From: Saprospiraceae bacterium
GTDB lineage: Bacteria; Bacteroidota; Bacteroidia; Chitinophagales; Saprospiraceae
Reading direction: 5' to 3'
DNA length: 64,000 nt
NCBI GenBank assembly: GCA_041392785.1
Contig: JAWKLK010000010.1
Span: forward strand, 141,741-205,740
How positions within the stretch are numbered: position 1 is the stretch's first letter; every line of letters starts with the position of its first letter. Below are positions 37,291-47,700 of the stretch, in pieces. The notes beneath the pieces are model-generated. The model did not search any database. It had not been told where the DNA came from and saw only the letters and a program-made list of their open reading frames with translations. The position numbers were made by a program, and so were the translations under genes.

Positions 37291-38142
37291 ATGATAAAGA
37301 CAATACGATTTATACATACACATTTTCCAATAATAACGAAATCATTTACTTCCATTTTTAATTTTTTCATAACTTATATCATTAAGTATAGAAAAAAAGT
37401 CATCACACACAATCTAAAACGCTCATTCCCAGAGAAAAACGAAGAGATAATAAAACAAATTAGACAGGATTTTTATAGGATTTTTAGTAACAACTTTCTA
37501 GAAATAATTGACTTTATTTCTCATGACAAAGCACGAATTTTAAAGCATCTAACTTGTGACATTTCCAATCTTGACCTTGAAAAAGGAGGCATTATAATGG
37601 CATCACATTTTGGTAATTGGGAACGTAACTTAGGCTCTCTACCAATATTTATTTCTACACCTGTTTTGGCTTTTTATAAACCTTTAAAAAGCAAATATAT
37701 GAATTCGCTTATGCAAGAAATACGGGGAAAATTTGGGGTTTTAGTAGAACCTATTGATAGAACAGTTAGAGTTTTAGCAGGGAATAAAAATAAATCAATT
37801 TTCTATTTATTTATTGCCGATCAGGGTCCAGTGAATATGAATGGAGTTTACTGGAATACCTTCCTAAATCAAAGAACTCCATGGTTGAGAGGCGCAGAAA
37901 AATTAGCTTTGAAATACCAATTGCCGGTCTATTATGCCCACCAATCACCATTGGAAGATGGCAAATACCACTTGCATTTTTCACTTATTTCAGATCAAAC
38001 TACAGCTATGGATTCTTCAGACATTATTGAAAGTTATTCAAGGCTATTAGAGGCAGAAATAAAGCAAAACCCTAGCTATTGGCTATGGTCGCATAGAAGA
38101 TGGAAAAGGGCAAATACCGAGAGTCAACAACCTATCCCCTAA
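37291..38142 (+). CDS. Lipid A biosynthesis lauroyl/myristoyl acyltransferase family protein (LpxL/HtrB-like)
   Basis: 283 aa. ASHFGNWE (HX4E-like acyltransferase motif); size and C-terminal YWLWSHRRWK are typical of the family. Confidence 0.75.
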   Translation: MIKTIRFIHTHFPIITKSFTSIFNFFITYIIKYRKKVITHNLKRSFPEKNEEIIKQIRQDFYRIFSNNFLEIIDFISHDKARILKHLTCDISNLDLEKGGIIMASHFGNWERNLGSLPIFISTPVLAFYKPLKSKYMNSLMQEIRGKFGVLVEPIDRTVRVLAGNKNKSIFYLFIADQGPVNMNGVYWNTFLNQRTPWLRGAEKLALKYQLPVYYAHQSPLEDGKYHLHFSLISDQTTAMDSSDIIESYSRLLEAEIKQNPSYWLWSHRRWKRANTESQQPIP

Positions 38143-38359
38143 ATACTCTTAAGATTACATTTATGATAATACTAAAAATTATCATCGTAGTGATAGGAAA
38201 ATAAAATGAAAAGCCATCTCTCTTTACTTGAATGTCACCTGGAAGATGCCCTATCCAATGCAATTTGTCACCGAAAAAATACCAAATAACACCAATAATT
38301 GATATGAAAACGCCAATAATTATTATGTATTTTCCATTATCATTTTGCATCAACTCCAT
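38132..38359 (-). CDS. DUF2905-family small membrane protein
   Basis: 75 aa with two TM segments. HLPGDIQVKRDGFSFYFPITT motif. Confidence 0.7.
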   Translation of the reverse strand: MELMQNDNGKYIIIIGVFISIIGVIWYFFGDKLHWIGHLPGDIQVKRDGFSFYFPITTMIIFSIIINVILRVFRG

Positions 38360-39291
38360 AAATTTTGTGGGTATACGCCATTTTCTATTAGGGCAGTTAT
38401 TTTGGCTTGAACGGCTGGTTTATCTTCTTGATAGGTTACACCAAACCAATCAGATTCAGTATCAATTATCCTAACTTTGACAATATTATTATGGATTAAA
38501 AAGTCTATCAAAGTTGGTATGTAATATTCTGATGACAATTCATTTCCGTACGTTTCAAGAAACTTACCAAACTCATTTGCAGCATATGTAAAATAGTTAC
38601 TTTGAAACCCCCACATATTCATTGATACTAATGTGTTTTCAGAAAGAAAACCTCTACCATTTTCTGAATCTGGGAAACTTATTGTGCCATCCAAGTTTTT
38701 ACCAATTTTGGTTCTTTCTATAACAGTGTCCAGATAACCTTCGTCATCTGCCTTGCATACGCCTCTATTTACAGTACCATGTTCAGAAAGAGTATTTCTC
38801 AGATAATATGCTATGACAGCATAGTCGTCTTTTGCATTGATGTCTGTCAGAAAATCATGTAATTGCTTGAAAGCCGCTACACCATAGTAGTCATCAGCAT
38901 TAATGACGCCAAATGGCTCGGATATTACATTTCTTGCCACCCAAACTGCATGAGCTGTTCCCCAAGGTTTCTCACGTTTCGGATCCACATCATAAGTAAT
39001 AGGCAAATCATCCAATTCTTGATTTACAAATACCAATTCTATTGCATCCCCCAACCTCTGTCTAAAATATGTTTCAAAATCTGCTCTGAACCATTCACGG
39101 ATTATGAAAACCACCTTCCCAAAACCAGCTTGGATAGCATCATAGATAGAATATTCTATGATAGTTTCGTGGTTTGGACCGAAACCATCCATTTGCTTTA
39201 ATTTGCCATAACGACTCCCCATACCTGCTGCAAGTACTAATAGCGTTGGCTTTCGGTCTGCACTCATACTTATAACTATTTTATTGCACAA
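38350..39291 (-). CDS. Sugar-phosphate nucleotidyltransferase family protein
   Basis: 313 aa. N-terminal LVLAAGMGSRYGKLKQ nucleotide-binding motif. Confidence 0.75.
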   Translation of the reverse strand: MCNKIVISMSADRKPTLLVLAAGMGSRYGKLKQMDGFGPNHETIIEYSIYDAIQAGFGKVVFIIREWFRADFETYFRQRLGDAIELVFVNQELDDLPITYDVDPKREKPWGTAHAVWVARNVISEPFGVINADDYYGVAAFKQLHDFLTDINAKDDYAVIAYYLRNTLSEHGTVNRGVCKADDEGYLDTVIERTKIGKNLDGTISFPDSENGRGFLSENTLVSMNMWGFQSNYFTYAANEFGKFLETYGNELSSEYYIPTLIDFLIHNNIVKVRIIDTESDWFGVTYQEDKPAVQAKITALIENGVYPQNLWS

Positions 39292-39486
39292 AGATAATAG
39301 ATATTATAATTGTGTCCAAAAGTAAATTTAGGTTTTATATAGGAAGTTAAAGATTGTTAACTAAAAACAAAGTTATATTTTCTTAATGTTTTATATATTG
39401 ATAATGTATAAATTAAATAATATTTTGATGAATCAGTAGAAATGAAAAATTTTTATTAAAAAAATACATGTTAGAGACAATCATCA

Positions 39487-39494
39487 TACCTTTG
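39487..39494 (+). promoter_or_regulatory. Bacteroidota -7 promoter element: TACCTTTG
   Basis: Exact TAnnTTTG match ending 36 nt upstream of ATG 39531. Confidence 0.45.
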
Positions 39495-39530
39495 CAACAT
39501 TATTTTCACAATATTAAATTTATTTCAAAA

Positions 39531-40078
39531 ATGAAAAATCTTTTATTATTATTCGCTTTACCATTATTCTTATTTTCTTGTAAATCAGGTTTAGATGCAC
39601 ACAAAGCAGCTATCACTGACCTTGATACAAATGGACTGCTGCTTCTACAGCTGTAACTGATTTCGCTAACAACCTCACAAAAGATGTTACAAGTCAAACA
39701 GAAGCTGCTAGTGCCCTAATGTTAGATGAAGCCGCTGTTGCAGGATTAAAACCAGACATGGCAGCAAAATGGAACGAAGCAACATCAGCATTCAAAGCTG
39801 CTTCTGCTGCTTACCAACCAGTTCAAGCTGAATTGGCAGATTTTAGTACTATGTGGACTGAAAAAGCTGCTGAAGTATCTGCTTTAAAAGATGCGTTGAC
39901 TTCAGGAAAATTTGAAGGCGATGCTGCTGCTAAAATTACAGAACTTTCTGGTTTAGTAAGCCAAGCAAATGAAAAAGTTACAGCTTGGACAGCTAAACAA
40001 GCTGAACTTAAAAGTGCATCAGATTCAGCACTTGGTATGTTGAAAGCTGCTTATGATATGGTAGCTCCTAAGAAATAA
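39531..40078 (+). CDS. Ala-rich helical lipoprotein with W-containing repeats; frame break at A-run 39629-39631
   Basis: Lipobox MKNLLLLFALPLFLFSC. Frame 0 ends at 39656. Frame 2 is open from 39626 and continues the same repeat pattern (KWTAASTAV, KWNEATSAF, MWTEKAAEV, AWTAKQAEL). Reading acaaatgg as acaaaatgg joins the two ORFs 39468-39656 and 39719-40078. Confidence 0.7.
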
Positions 40079-40095
40079 TTATAACTAAAAGTTAT

Positions 40096-40134
40096 AAAAA
40101 GCCTGGACTTCAACGAAGTTCAGGCTTTTTTTTT
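40096..40134 (+). terminator. Rho-independent terminator
   Basis: Stem gcctggactt / aagttcaggc (one G-U pair) followed by T9. Confidence 0.8.
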
Positions 40135-40211
40135 AACGTAATATTAAATTGGAATGTGGTAACTTTTTTATTTCACATTGAGTTTTAATACTACAAAAAA
40201 TATATTTTACA

Positions 40212-40889
40212 ATGAAATATATACTTTTCATTACAATTTTATTCGGGAGTTTTGTTTCAGGTGCTTGGGCCCAAACCATGACAAGCGTTGATGAAAATGA
40301 TCCAAAAGCAAGAGCCATTCTGCAAAAAATCGATTCTCAATTCAAGAAATCTAACTCATTGGAAATACCTTTTACTTTGACTTTTGAAATTCCTGGCAAA
40401 CCAGCACATACTGAAAAAGGAATTTATTATGAAACTGGCAATAAATACAAGATTCAAACAACTTCACAGGATATTTATTGTAATGGCGCAACTAATTGGG
40501 TGTATATAAAAAATAGAAAAGAAGTACAAATAACTGATTTTGAACCTAATGCAAAATCTGATTTCCTTTCTCCAAAACAATTATTAAAAGGGTACGCCAA
40601 TGGTGATTATATATATGCCATAACTGAGGAAAAGGTGCACAAAGGCAGGTCAGAAGTAGAAATTGAATTCAAACCTGTAAAAAAAGGAAGTTCTTATACA
40701 AAAATTAAATTAAACATTGACAAAACAAAAAACAATTTATTATCTTTACGTGTCTTTAATAGAGATGGTTCAAGACAAACCCTAACGTTGGGTAATGTCA
40801 TTTCAAATAATAGTTACGATGCTTCGTTCTTTAATTTTGATCCCAAAACAGTTGCGGGCATTCGTATTGAAGATCTGAGAATTGATTAA
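40212..40889 (+). CDS. LolA-like outer-membrane lipoprotein carrier family protein
   Basis: 225 aa with a signal peptide. Pattern ILQKIDSQFKKSNSLEIPFTLTFE...NWVYIKNRKEVQITDF is typical of LolA-like proteins. Confidence 0.7.
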   Translation: MKYILFITILFGSFVSGAWAQTMTSVDENDPKARAILQKIDSQFKKSNSLEIPFTLTFEIPGKPAHTEKGIYYETGNKYKIQTTSQDIYCNGATNWVYIKNRKEVQITDFEPNAKSDFLSPKQLLKGYANGDYIYAITEEKVHKGRSEVEIEFKPVKKGSSYTKIKLNIDKTKNNLLSLRVFNRDGSRQTLTLGNVISNNSYDASFFNFDPKTVAGIRIEDLRID

Positions 40890-40922
40890 ATAGAACCGAT
40901 TCAGTTACTCAGTTTACCAACC

Positions 40923-40960
40923 AGCGATTCTTGGCTTCAACCTCCAGGAATCGCTTTTTT
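40923..40960 (+). terminator. Rho-independent terminator
   Basis: Stem agcgattc / gaatcgct (40923-40930, 40948-40955) followed by a T-run. Confidence 0.6.
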
Positions 40961-40971
40961 ATTCTAAATAT

Positions 40972-41643
40972 ATGTTTAATACACGTGTAATTTTTATTGT
41001 AATATTTAGTTTTGGGTTTATAGTCACCTATGCTCAGTTTGGATTGCGTTTGAAGACCAATATCAATAAGTACTCAAATATTAATGGGTACATTCAAGAT
41101 TCTTATGAAGATAACCTAAAATTTCATCCTAGATCTTATGAAGTGGGACTCGATTATTGGTTCCGATTGAAAAAAAGACGCGTCGAATTTTTACCTGAAT
41201 TTTCTGTGTCGTTAAGTAAAAGTGAAACCAATTTGGATCCAAGTTTCAATTCTAAAATGGTAGTATATGGTTTTGGATTTCATACACAAATCTATGCTTT
41301 AGACATGGAAGGAGATTGCAACTGCCCCACATTCTCCAAGCAAGGCCCATCCATAAATAAGGGTTTGTTTTTTCATTTTACACCAAAAGTTGCCTTACTC
41401 TCTGAGAAGACATCTATACTTTCTGAAGACCAAACCCAACAAAAATGGATTTTGGGAGCTGGTGTTGGCTTAGGTTTAGATGTTGGCGTCAGTGACTTAC
41501 TGACCATTACACCTATTTTGACTTATGCCCTATTTTCATCTTATGAATCCAATGTAGCTCCAGGAGTAACCGATAATCCATCACAAATACAATTATCTTT
41601 GAGATTTGGTTTCAGACCAGATTACAATCATAGAAGAAGGTAA
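40972..41643 (+). CDS. Outer-membrane beta-barrel protein (hypothetical)
   Basis: 223 aa with a signal peptide. Alternating hydrophobic beta-strand pattern and aromatic residues near the C-terminus (LSLRFGFRPDY). Confidence 0.6.
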   Translation: MFNTRVIFIVIFSFGFIVTYAQFGLRLKTNINKYSNINGYIQDSYEDNLKFHPRSYEVGLDYWFRLKKRRVEFLPEFSVSLSKSETNLDPSFNSKMVVYGFGFHTQIYALDMEGDCNCPTFSKQGPSINKGLFFHFTPKVALLSEKTSILSEDQTQQKWILGAGVGLGLDVGVSDLLTITPILTYALFSSYESNVAPGVTDNPSQIQLSLRFGFRPDYNHRRR

Positions 41644-41658
41644 ATTTTCAGTTATAAG

Positions 41659-42957
41659 ATGAAACTACTCCGACTCAATAATGATTTCAATGATATCCTT
41701 CATGAGTTGGAATACACATTTGACAACTACTTTATCACAGGCAGAGCTGGTACAGGTAAGTCTACCCTACTGCAACTCTTCAGGCAGACTACACACAAAA
41801 GGGTTGTAGTTCTTGCACCCACGGGAATCGCTGCATTAAACGTACGAGGTCAAACCATACATTCTTTTTTCAGTTTTCCCCCGCGAATTATCAACAAATC
41901 AGAAATAAAAAGAAGTCCCAACTTTCATTTATTTAAAAACATTGATGCCATCGTCATTGACGAAATTTCAATGGTTAGGGCTGATATTATAGACCACATT
42001 CATCAATCATTGGTACTGAATCGTCAAAACAACTCTCTTTTTGGGGGTATACAGATGATTTTTTTTGGTGACTTATACCAATTACCTCCAGTCGTGTCAG
42101 GCGTTTTCGAAAAGCAATATTTTAGGACAGTTTATCACTCACCTTATTTTTTTTCCGCAAAAATCTTCGAGCAGATTGATCTCAAATTTATTGAACTCAA
42201 TAAAGTTTATAGACAGGAAGAAAAAGACTTTATTCAATTATTAGATAAGATTCGAACTGGAAATATGGATGAAGACGATTTCTGGTATTTGAATGAAAGA
42301 TTTTGTGCTCCAGAAAATGAAGATGACCATCTTTTAATAACATTATCAAGTAGAAATGATATTGCATCTACCATTAACAAGAATAAGCTCGAATCACTAC
42401 CCCATCCTGTTGTACTTTTTCAGGCTAAAATACAAGGAGAATTTAGTCCGCAGCTTTTCCCAACAGATTACTCGCTTCATTTGAAAATAGGCGCCCAAGT
42501 CATGTTTGTAAGAAATGATCCATTCAGGCGTTATGTAAATGGAACCATAGGTATAGTAAAAAGGATAGATGAAGGTAAAGTTTATGTAGTGGTGGTGCAT
42601 GATCATACTGGAGTTGAGAATGAAATAGAAGTTGAGCCAGCCGATTGGGATATTTTGAAATACGAATTTAATTCAGTTACTCCAAAAGAAATAAACATTA
42701 AAACTCTTGGAACCTTTACACAACTTCCTCTAAAATTGGCTTGGGCTATTACTATCCATAAAAGTCAAGGCAAAACTTTTGATAAAATAATGATTGATCT
42801 TGGATCTGGTGCCTTTGAAACAGGACAGACATATGTAGCATTAAGTAGGTGTAGAACTTTAAATGGGGTGTATCTTAGGAACCCTATCAAATATAAAGAT
42901 ATTATTGTTGACCCAAGAATACAATCATATTATAATGGATTAAAATACTTAAATTAA
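41659..42957 (+). CDS. Pif1-family (RecD-like SF1B) ATP-dependent DNA helicase
   Basis: 432 aa. Walker A GRAGTGKST, VLAPTGIAALNVRGQTIHSFF, DEISMV, and C-terminal AITIHKSQGKTF...YVALSRCR motifs. Confidence 0.85.
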   Translation: MKLLRLNNDFNDILHELEYTFDNYFITGRAGTGKSTLLQLFRQTTHKRVVVLAPTGIAALNVRGQTIHSFFSFPPRIINKSEIKRSPNFHLFKNIDAIVIDEISMVRADIIDHIHQSLVLNRQNNSLFGGIQMIFFGDLYQLPPVVSGVFEKQYFRTVYHSPYFFSAKIFEQIDLKFIELNKVYRQEEKDFIQLLDKIRTGNMDEDDFWYLNERFCAPENEDDHLLITLSSRNDIASTINKNKLESLPHPVVLFQAKIQGEFSPQLFPTDYSLHLKIGAQVMFVRNDPFRRYVNGTIGIVKRIDEGKVYVVVVHDHTGVENEIEVEPADWDILKYEFNSVTPKEINIKTLGTFTQLPLKLAWAITIHKSQGKTFDKIMIDLGSGAFETGQTYVALSRCRTLNGVYLRNPIKYKDIIVDPRIQSYYNGLKYLN

Positions 42958-42995
42958 ATATATATCGTTTTAAGTAATTTACTATTTTTGTGTAA

Positions 42996-44102
42996 ATGAA
43001 TTATATGCAGCGTACTTTTTTATTTTTATTCATCAATTATTTCTTTTTTCCTTGCTTCGCAATGGCACAGAATAGCAACGTAGCTGATGAGGTAAAAAAG
43101 ATAATTCAGTTTGATACTGATATTAATTGCAAAAAAGTACCAGGTTTTATTATTGGCATCATAGACAATGATTCTACATATTTTCTCTCCTATGGTAGTA
43201 AAGATCCCATAACAAAAGAAAAAATTACCACACACGATGCTTTTGAATTAGGAAGTATTTCTAAAACCTTTACCGCTGCAATAATCACTATTTTATCACA
43301 TAGAGGACAACTAGATCCAAAACAAAAAGTCAACACTTATTTACCCAAAGAATACGAAAATCCAAGACTTTCAGATATCACTATCATAGATTTATTAGAT
43401 CATACATCTGGTTTTCCAAAAATGCCAAAGGATTTGGGAAAGAAGGCAAAAGAGTTTAATAACCCATATCAATACTATACCAAGCATGATGTGCTAAAAT
43501 ATTATAAATCCTTCATTCCTAAAGAAAGAAAATTTGAATATTCACATACAAATTATGCAATTTTGGAAATAATTATTGAAATGGTTACTAAAAAATCATT
43601 TGACGAAGTACTAGTGGATGAAATAAATACAGTTTTAAACCTTAACACTACGACTTGTGACGGTATGTATGAAAGCGCACCAAATTTGGCAAAAGGGTTT
43701 GACAAATCGGGTAAAGTGTGCACACCATGGTCATTTTCATCTTTCATTGGTTCAGAAGGAATTCGCTCAAATTTAGAAGATTTATTGGTATTTGTAAAGG
43801 CACAATTAGGAATGAGTGAAACCTATTTAGACAGTATTTTCTATGAAACCAATGCTGCAAAAGTAGCTACTTTTAATGATCGCCTTTCCATATCAAATGG
43901 ATGGCATACTGTATCTATGAAAAATGGAGATTTGGTTATACATACCGGGCGGACAGGAGGACATAATTGCTACATTGGCATGGTAAAAGAAACAAAGACT
44001 GCAGTTATTGTCTTATCGAATTCATATTATGGAACAGGTGATTTAGGTACACTTATCTTGCGTATGATAAATCAAAGTTGGAAACGAAATGCAGATCAAT
44101 AA
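42996..44102 (+). CDS. Serine hydrolase, beta-lactamase/PBP4-like family
   Basis: 368 aa with a signal peptide. SxxK motif in [11 protein letters not shown]; later HTGRTGG. Confidence 0.8.
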   Translation: MNYMQRTFLFLFINYFFFPCFAMAQNSNVADEVKKIIQFDTDINCKKVPGFIIGIIDNDSTYFLSYGSKDPITKEKITTHDAFELGSISKTFTAAIITILSHRGQLDPKQKVNTYLPKEYENPRLSDITIIDLLDHTSGFPKMPKDLGKKAKEFNNPYQYYTKHDVLKYYKSFIPKERKFEYSHTNYAILEIIIEMVTKKSFDEVLVDEINTVLNLNTTTCDGMYESAPNLAKGFDKSGKVCTPWSFSSFIGSEGIRSNLEDLLVFVKAQLGMSETYLDSIFYETNAAKVATFNDRLSISNGWHTVSMKNGDLVIHTGRTGGHNCYIGMVKETKTAVIVLSNSYYGTGDLGTLILRMINQSWKRNADQ

Positions 44103-44446
44103 TGGCAAAAGATAAAATTTTATCCTGGGATGATTTTCAGTCTTTAGGAAATCCAGAAAATGCACCCGATGACACTCCAATTAAACAAGATGATAAACAC
44201 TTTGCATCAGAATTGCGTATCCATCTCGATAGAAAACAGCGCGGGGGCAAAGAAGTGACGCTTATAAAAGGTTTTGTAGGGGATGATAATAAACTCAATG
44301 ACTTGGGAAAATTATTAAAATCCAAGTGTGGTGTGGGTGGTGCTGTCAAAGATGGCGAAATATTACTACAGGGCAATCATAGAGACAAAACACTACAAAT
44401 TTTACTGGAATTAGGCTATAAAAAAACAAAAAAAGCGGGTGGTTGA
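44102..44446 (+). CDS. SUI1/YciH-like translation initiation factor family protein
   Basis: [12 protein letters not shown]... with [12 protein letters not shown]...[22 protein letters not shown] (SUI1 fold pattern). The ATG at 44102 is preferred over the track start at 44078, which overlaps the upstream gene. Confidence 0.8.
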   Translation: MAKDKILSWDDFQSLGNPENAPDDTPIKQDDKHFASELRIHLDRKQRGGKEVTLIKGFVGDDNKLNDLGKLLKSKCGVGGAVKDGEILLQGNHRDKTLQILLELGYKKTKKAGG

Positions 44447-44737
44447 AAAAAAATTTTATTTGCTTTACAATACAGTAACAATATTCTAATGAAATTATAT
44501 TTTGTATTAACTATTTTATAAAAACATTATTTTTTAAATTGAATATTTACTAAACAAAAGGCAAGGAGTTCTAATTTTTATTTGTAATTAAATATTTGTT
44601 AAATTAAAATAAAGCCCTTACCTTTACAATCGATCAAACATCAGTTCCCGATGTAGGTCGCCGGACAGACGGCTCCCCACTTACGAAATTAAAAATGCAC
44701 TAGTGCATTTAATCATGTTATTAAAATAATTGTATTA

Positions 44738-47700
44738 ATGAAAAAGTTTGTACATTTCATTGCTTTATGTATTTTAGTATGGGTTACACCATTATATGGT
44801 GCTACTCCAAAACACCCAATCTTAATAGCCTACGAATTATGTCACTCTGTTGATAATGGCACGCAAAGTAGAATTTTTCACACTGCTCCTATCCATGGTG
44901 AAGGCATTTTTAGTACGGATTGTAATAACCCAACCGATATTACTGGAAGTCCTTTTAACGGTTTCTTAAGTGGAGGAGTTTCCACATACTATTCTGTTGA
45001 CCTTGCTGCTGGAGAAAGTGTAGTTTTCTCTGGTCCAAGTAACATAGTAATTGCAACAGATTGCGCAGGGGGTACCACGCCACTAGCACCCATTTGTAAT
45101 TCCGGAGGTGAAACCGTAATCATTAGAGTCACACCCATTAATCCAGGAACTTACGCCATTTCTGCAAATATATACACCCTTACTGCTGACTTGACCTTTT
45201 CAGAAAGCAGTAATGTGGTAGATGACGGGATAGTTTGCTTCGGAGACCAATTTTCATTATTAGCAACAGGAAACGGATCATCAGGATACAGTTATTCTTG
45301 GACTGGACCTTACGGTCCCACAGGATCAAATCCTATCTTAACTCATAATAGTAGCGCACAAGTGGGTACCCAAACTTATACAGTGACAATAACGGATATC
45401 AATAACTGTACAGCAACTTCATCAGTCGATATAATACTTGCAGACGATATAGGATTTACAATAAATCCTGATGATAATTCACTATGTGAGGGTGATCAAT
45501 TGACTATGGACATTTCCTGGAGTGTTGGCTCTGGTGGCTCGTATGACTTTGAATGGACTCTTCCTGATGGAAGTACAAGCACAGATGCACCTCCATTGGT
45601 TATTGATCCAGTTGACCCCAGTCATACTGGCACCTATACTTTGGTCGCTACAGAACAAAGCACAGGCTGCTCATCCTCTGCTACGTATTCTACAGTTACT
45701 GTAAATGCGCTTCCTTCTGTGGATGATATTACAAATTCAGACAGCGACGATATCATCTGTCATAATGCCACATTCTCTTTATCAACAGTTACATCTGGTA
45801 CTGGTACAATAATTTCTTGGGATTGGGAGGGAACCAATGGATGGACAGGAACTGGCAATCCAGTTAATATTACCAATACTACAGTTTCCACGGAAACAGT
45901 AACTTATTCTGTCACTGTAACAGACAATAACGGTTGTACAAATACGGGCACGCATGATGTGACCCTATTAGAAGAAATTCTATTTACTATTACTTCCACT
46001 GAATCAAGTGGTACTGCACCTGATGATGATAATCTTTGTGAAGGGGATGACCTTTCTTTTGATCTCAACTTCACATCAGGAGATACAGGTGACTTTTCTT
46101 ACAACTGGTCTAGTACAGGTGGATATACTGGTACAGATGCTCCGCCCTTCACTATCAATGGAGTTGATAATACACATGCTGGAACATATAATGTAACCGT
46201 CACTGACAATACCAGTGGCTGTTCTAGTACAGCCACATATGGTACAATAGTGATACATGCTCTTCCCACCATTACAATAAATCACACTGAAATGAGTGGC
46301 ATAGCACCCAATGATATGAATGTGTGTGAGGATTATGATAATCTTCAATTTACAGTGACATTTAACACCGGAAATAATGCAGGTGCTATGTATGAATGGG
46401 AGTTAGCGAATGGTAGTACAAGCACAGATTATCCTTTGGTCATTAACCCTGTTACACCTGCCGATGCAGGAGATTATTCAGTGACGGTAACAGATGCCAA
46501 TGGGTGTACCGCAACCTCAATATTCCAATCCATTACTGTAAATCCATTACCAGTAGCAAATCCAACAACTTTGCATGCATGTGAACTCACATTAGGTTCT
46601 GGGCAAGGAGAGTTTATACTGACAGATGCTGAATTAAGCCCAGACTACCCTACTACAAATCAAAATGAAATATCTGATGTGGATGATGGTGCATCAAATG
46701 TTACAGTAACTTACCACAATAGTATGGCAGATGCAGAAAATGATGTTTTACCTTTGTCAAGTCCACTGACTAGAGGAAATGGTTCCATTTGGGTGAGAGT
46801 AGAAGACACTACTACTGGCTGCTATGAAGTAGCTGAAGTGACACTCATGGTAGAATCACTTCCTACCGTCGCCAATACTACTTTGAAAGCATGTGAAGAT
46901 TTACCACCAGGATCAGGTACAGGATCATTTATTTTAACAGATGCAGAGGATGCTCCGAGTTATCCCACAAATCAAAATGATGGTGCCGAAATTGATAATG
47001 GTGATGTGAGAGATGTGACTTTTCATCCAACTTTACTTGATGCACAGAACAATACTGGAGAAATAGATAAGAATACGCCTTTTACATCTCCAAACGGAAC
47101 TATATGGGCGCGAATAGAAGATCCCACCACGAAGTGTTATAATACAGCCCAAATTACATTGGAAGTTATTTTACCTCCTGCGGGTAGTATCACTACACTT
47201 AGAGAATGTGAAGATCCAGCTGGATCAGGTATGGCTGACTTTACATTATCGGATGCAGAATTGGCACCCGACTTTCCAAATACTAATAGTAATAGTATTG
47301 CAGATATAGACAATGGACAGACAAGAACGGTAATGTATTATGCGACACAAGCAGACGCAGAATCGGACAGTTCACCCATTGGTGATGGCAGCTATCCCGA
47401 TAATACTATCATCTATGCAAGAATAGTAGATGATGCTACAGGCTGTTTCAGAGTTGTAGAAGTAACATTGGATGTATTAGAAGCTCCAAATCCAGAAATT
47501 TTACATGATGGAGTTCCCGACGATTTTACTATTTGTGAAAATGATCCATTCAACCTAACATTGTCATTGACTACTGGTCTAGCTCCTTACATGTTTAACT
47601 GGACGTTGCCTGATGGCAGTACTAACATGGGTTCATCAATTTCAGTTGCTCAGGCTGATCCTGCAACACACCACGGCGTATGGGTTGTGACAGTCACTGA

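Noticed and set aside
39468-39656. Track ORF start at 39468 (MLETIIIPLQHYF...) for the lipoprotein
   Set aside because: The TACCTTTG promoter box at 39487-39494 lies inside that extension. The internal ATG at 39531 gives a textbook lipoprotein signal peptide (MKNLLLLFALPLFLFSC).
40133-40318. Minus-strand ORF 40133-40318
   Set aside because: It overlaps the T-run end of the terminator and the start of the LolA-like gene. The peptide has no features.
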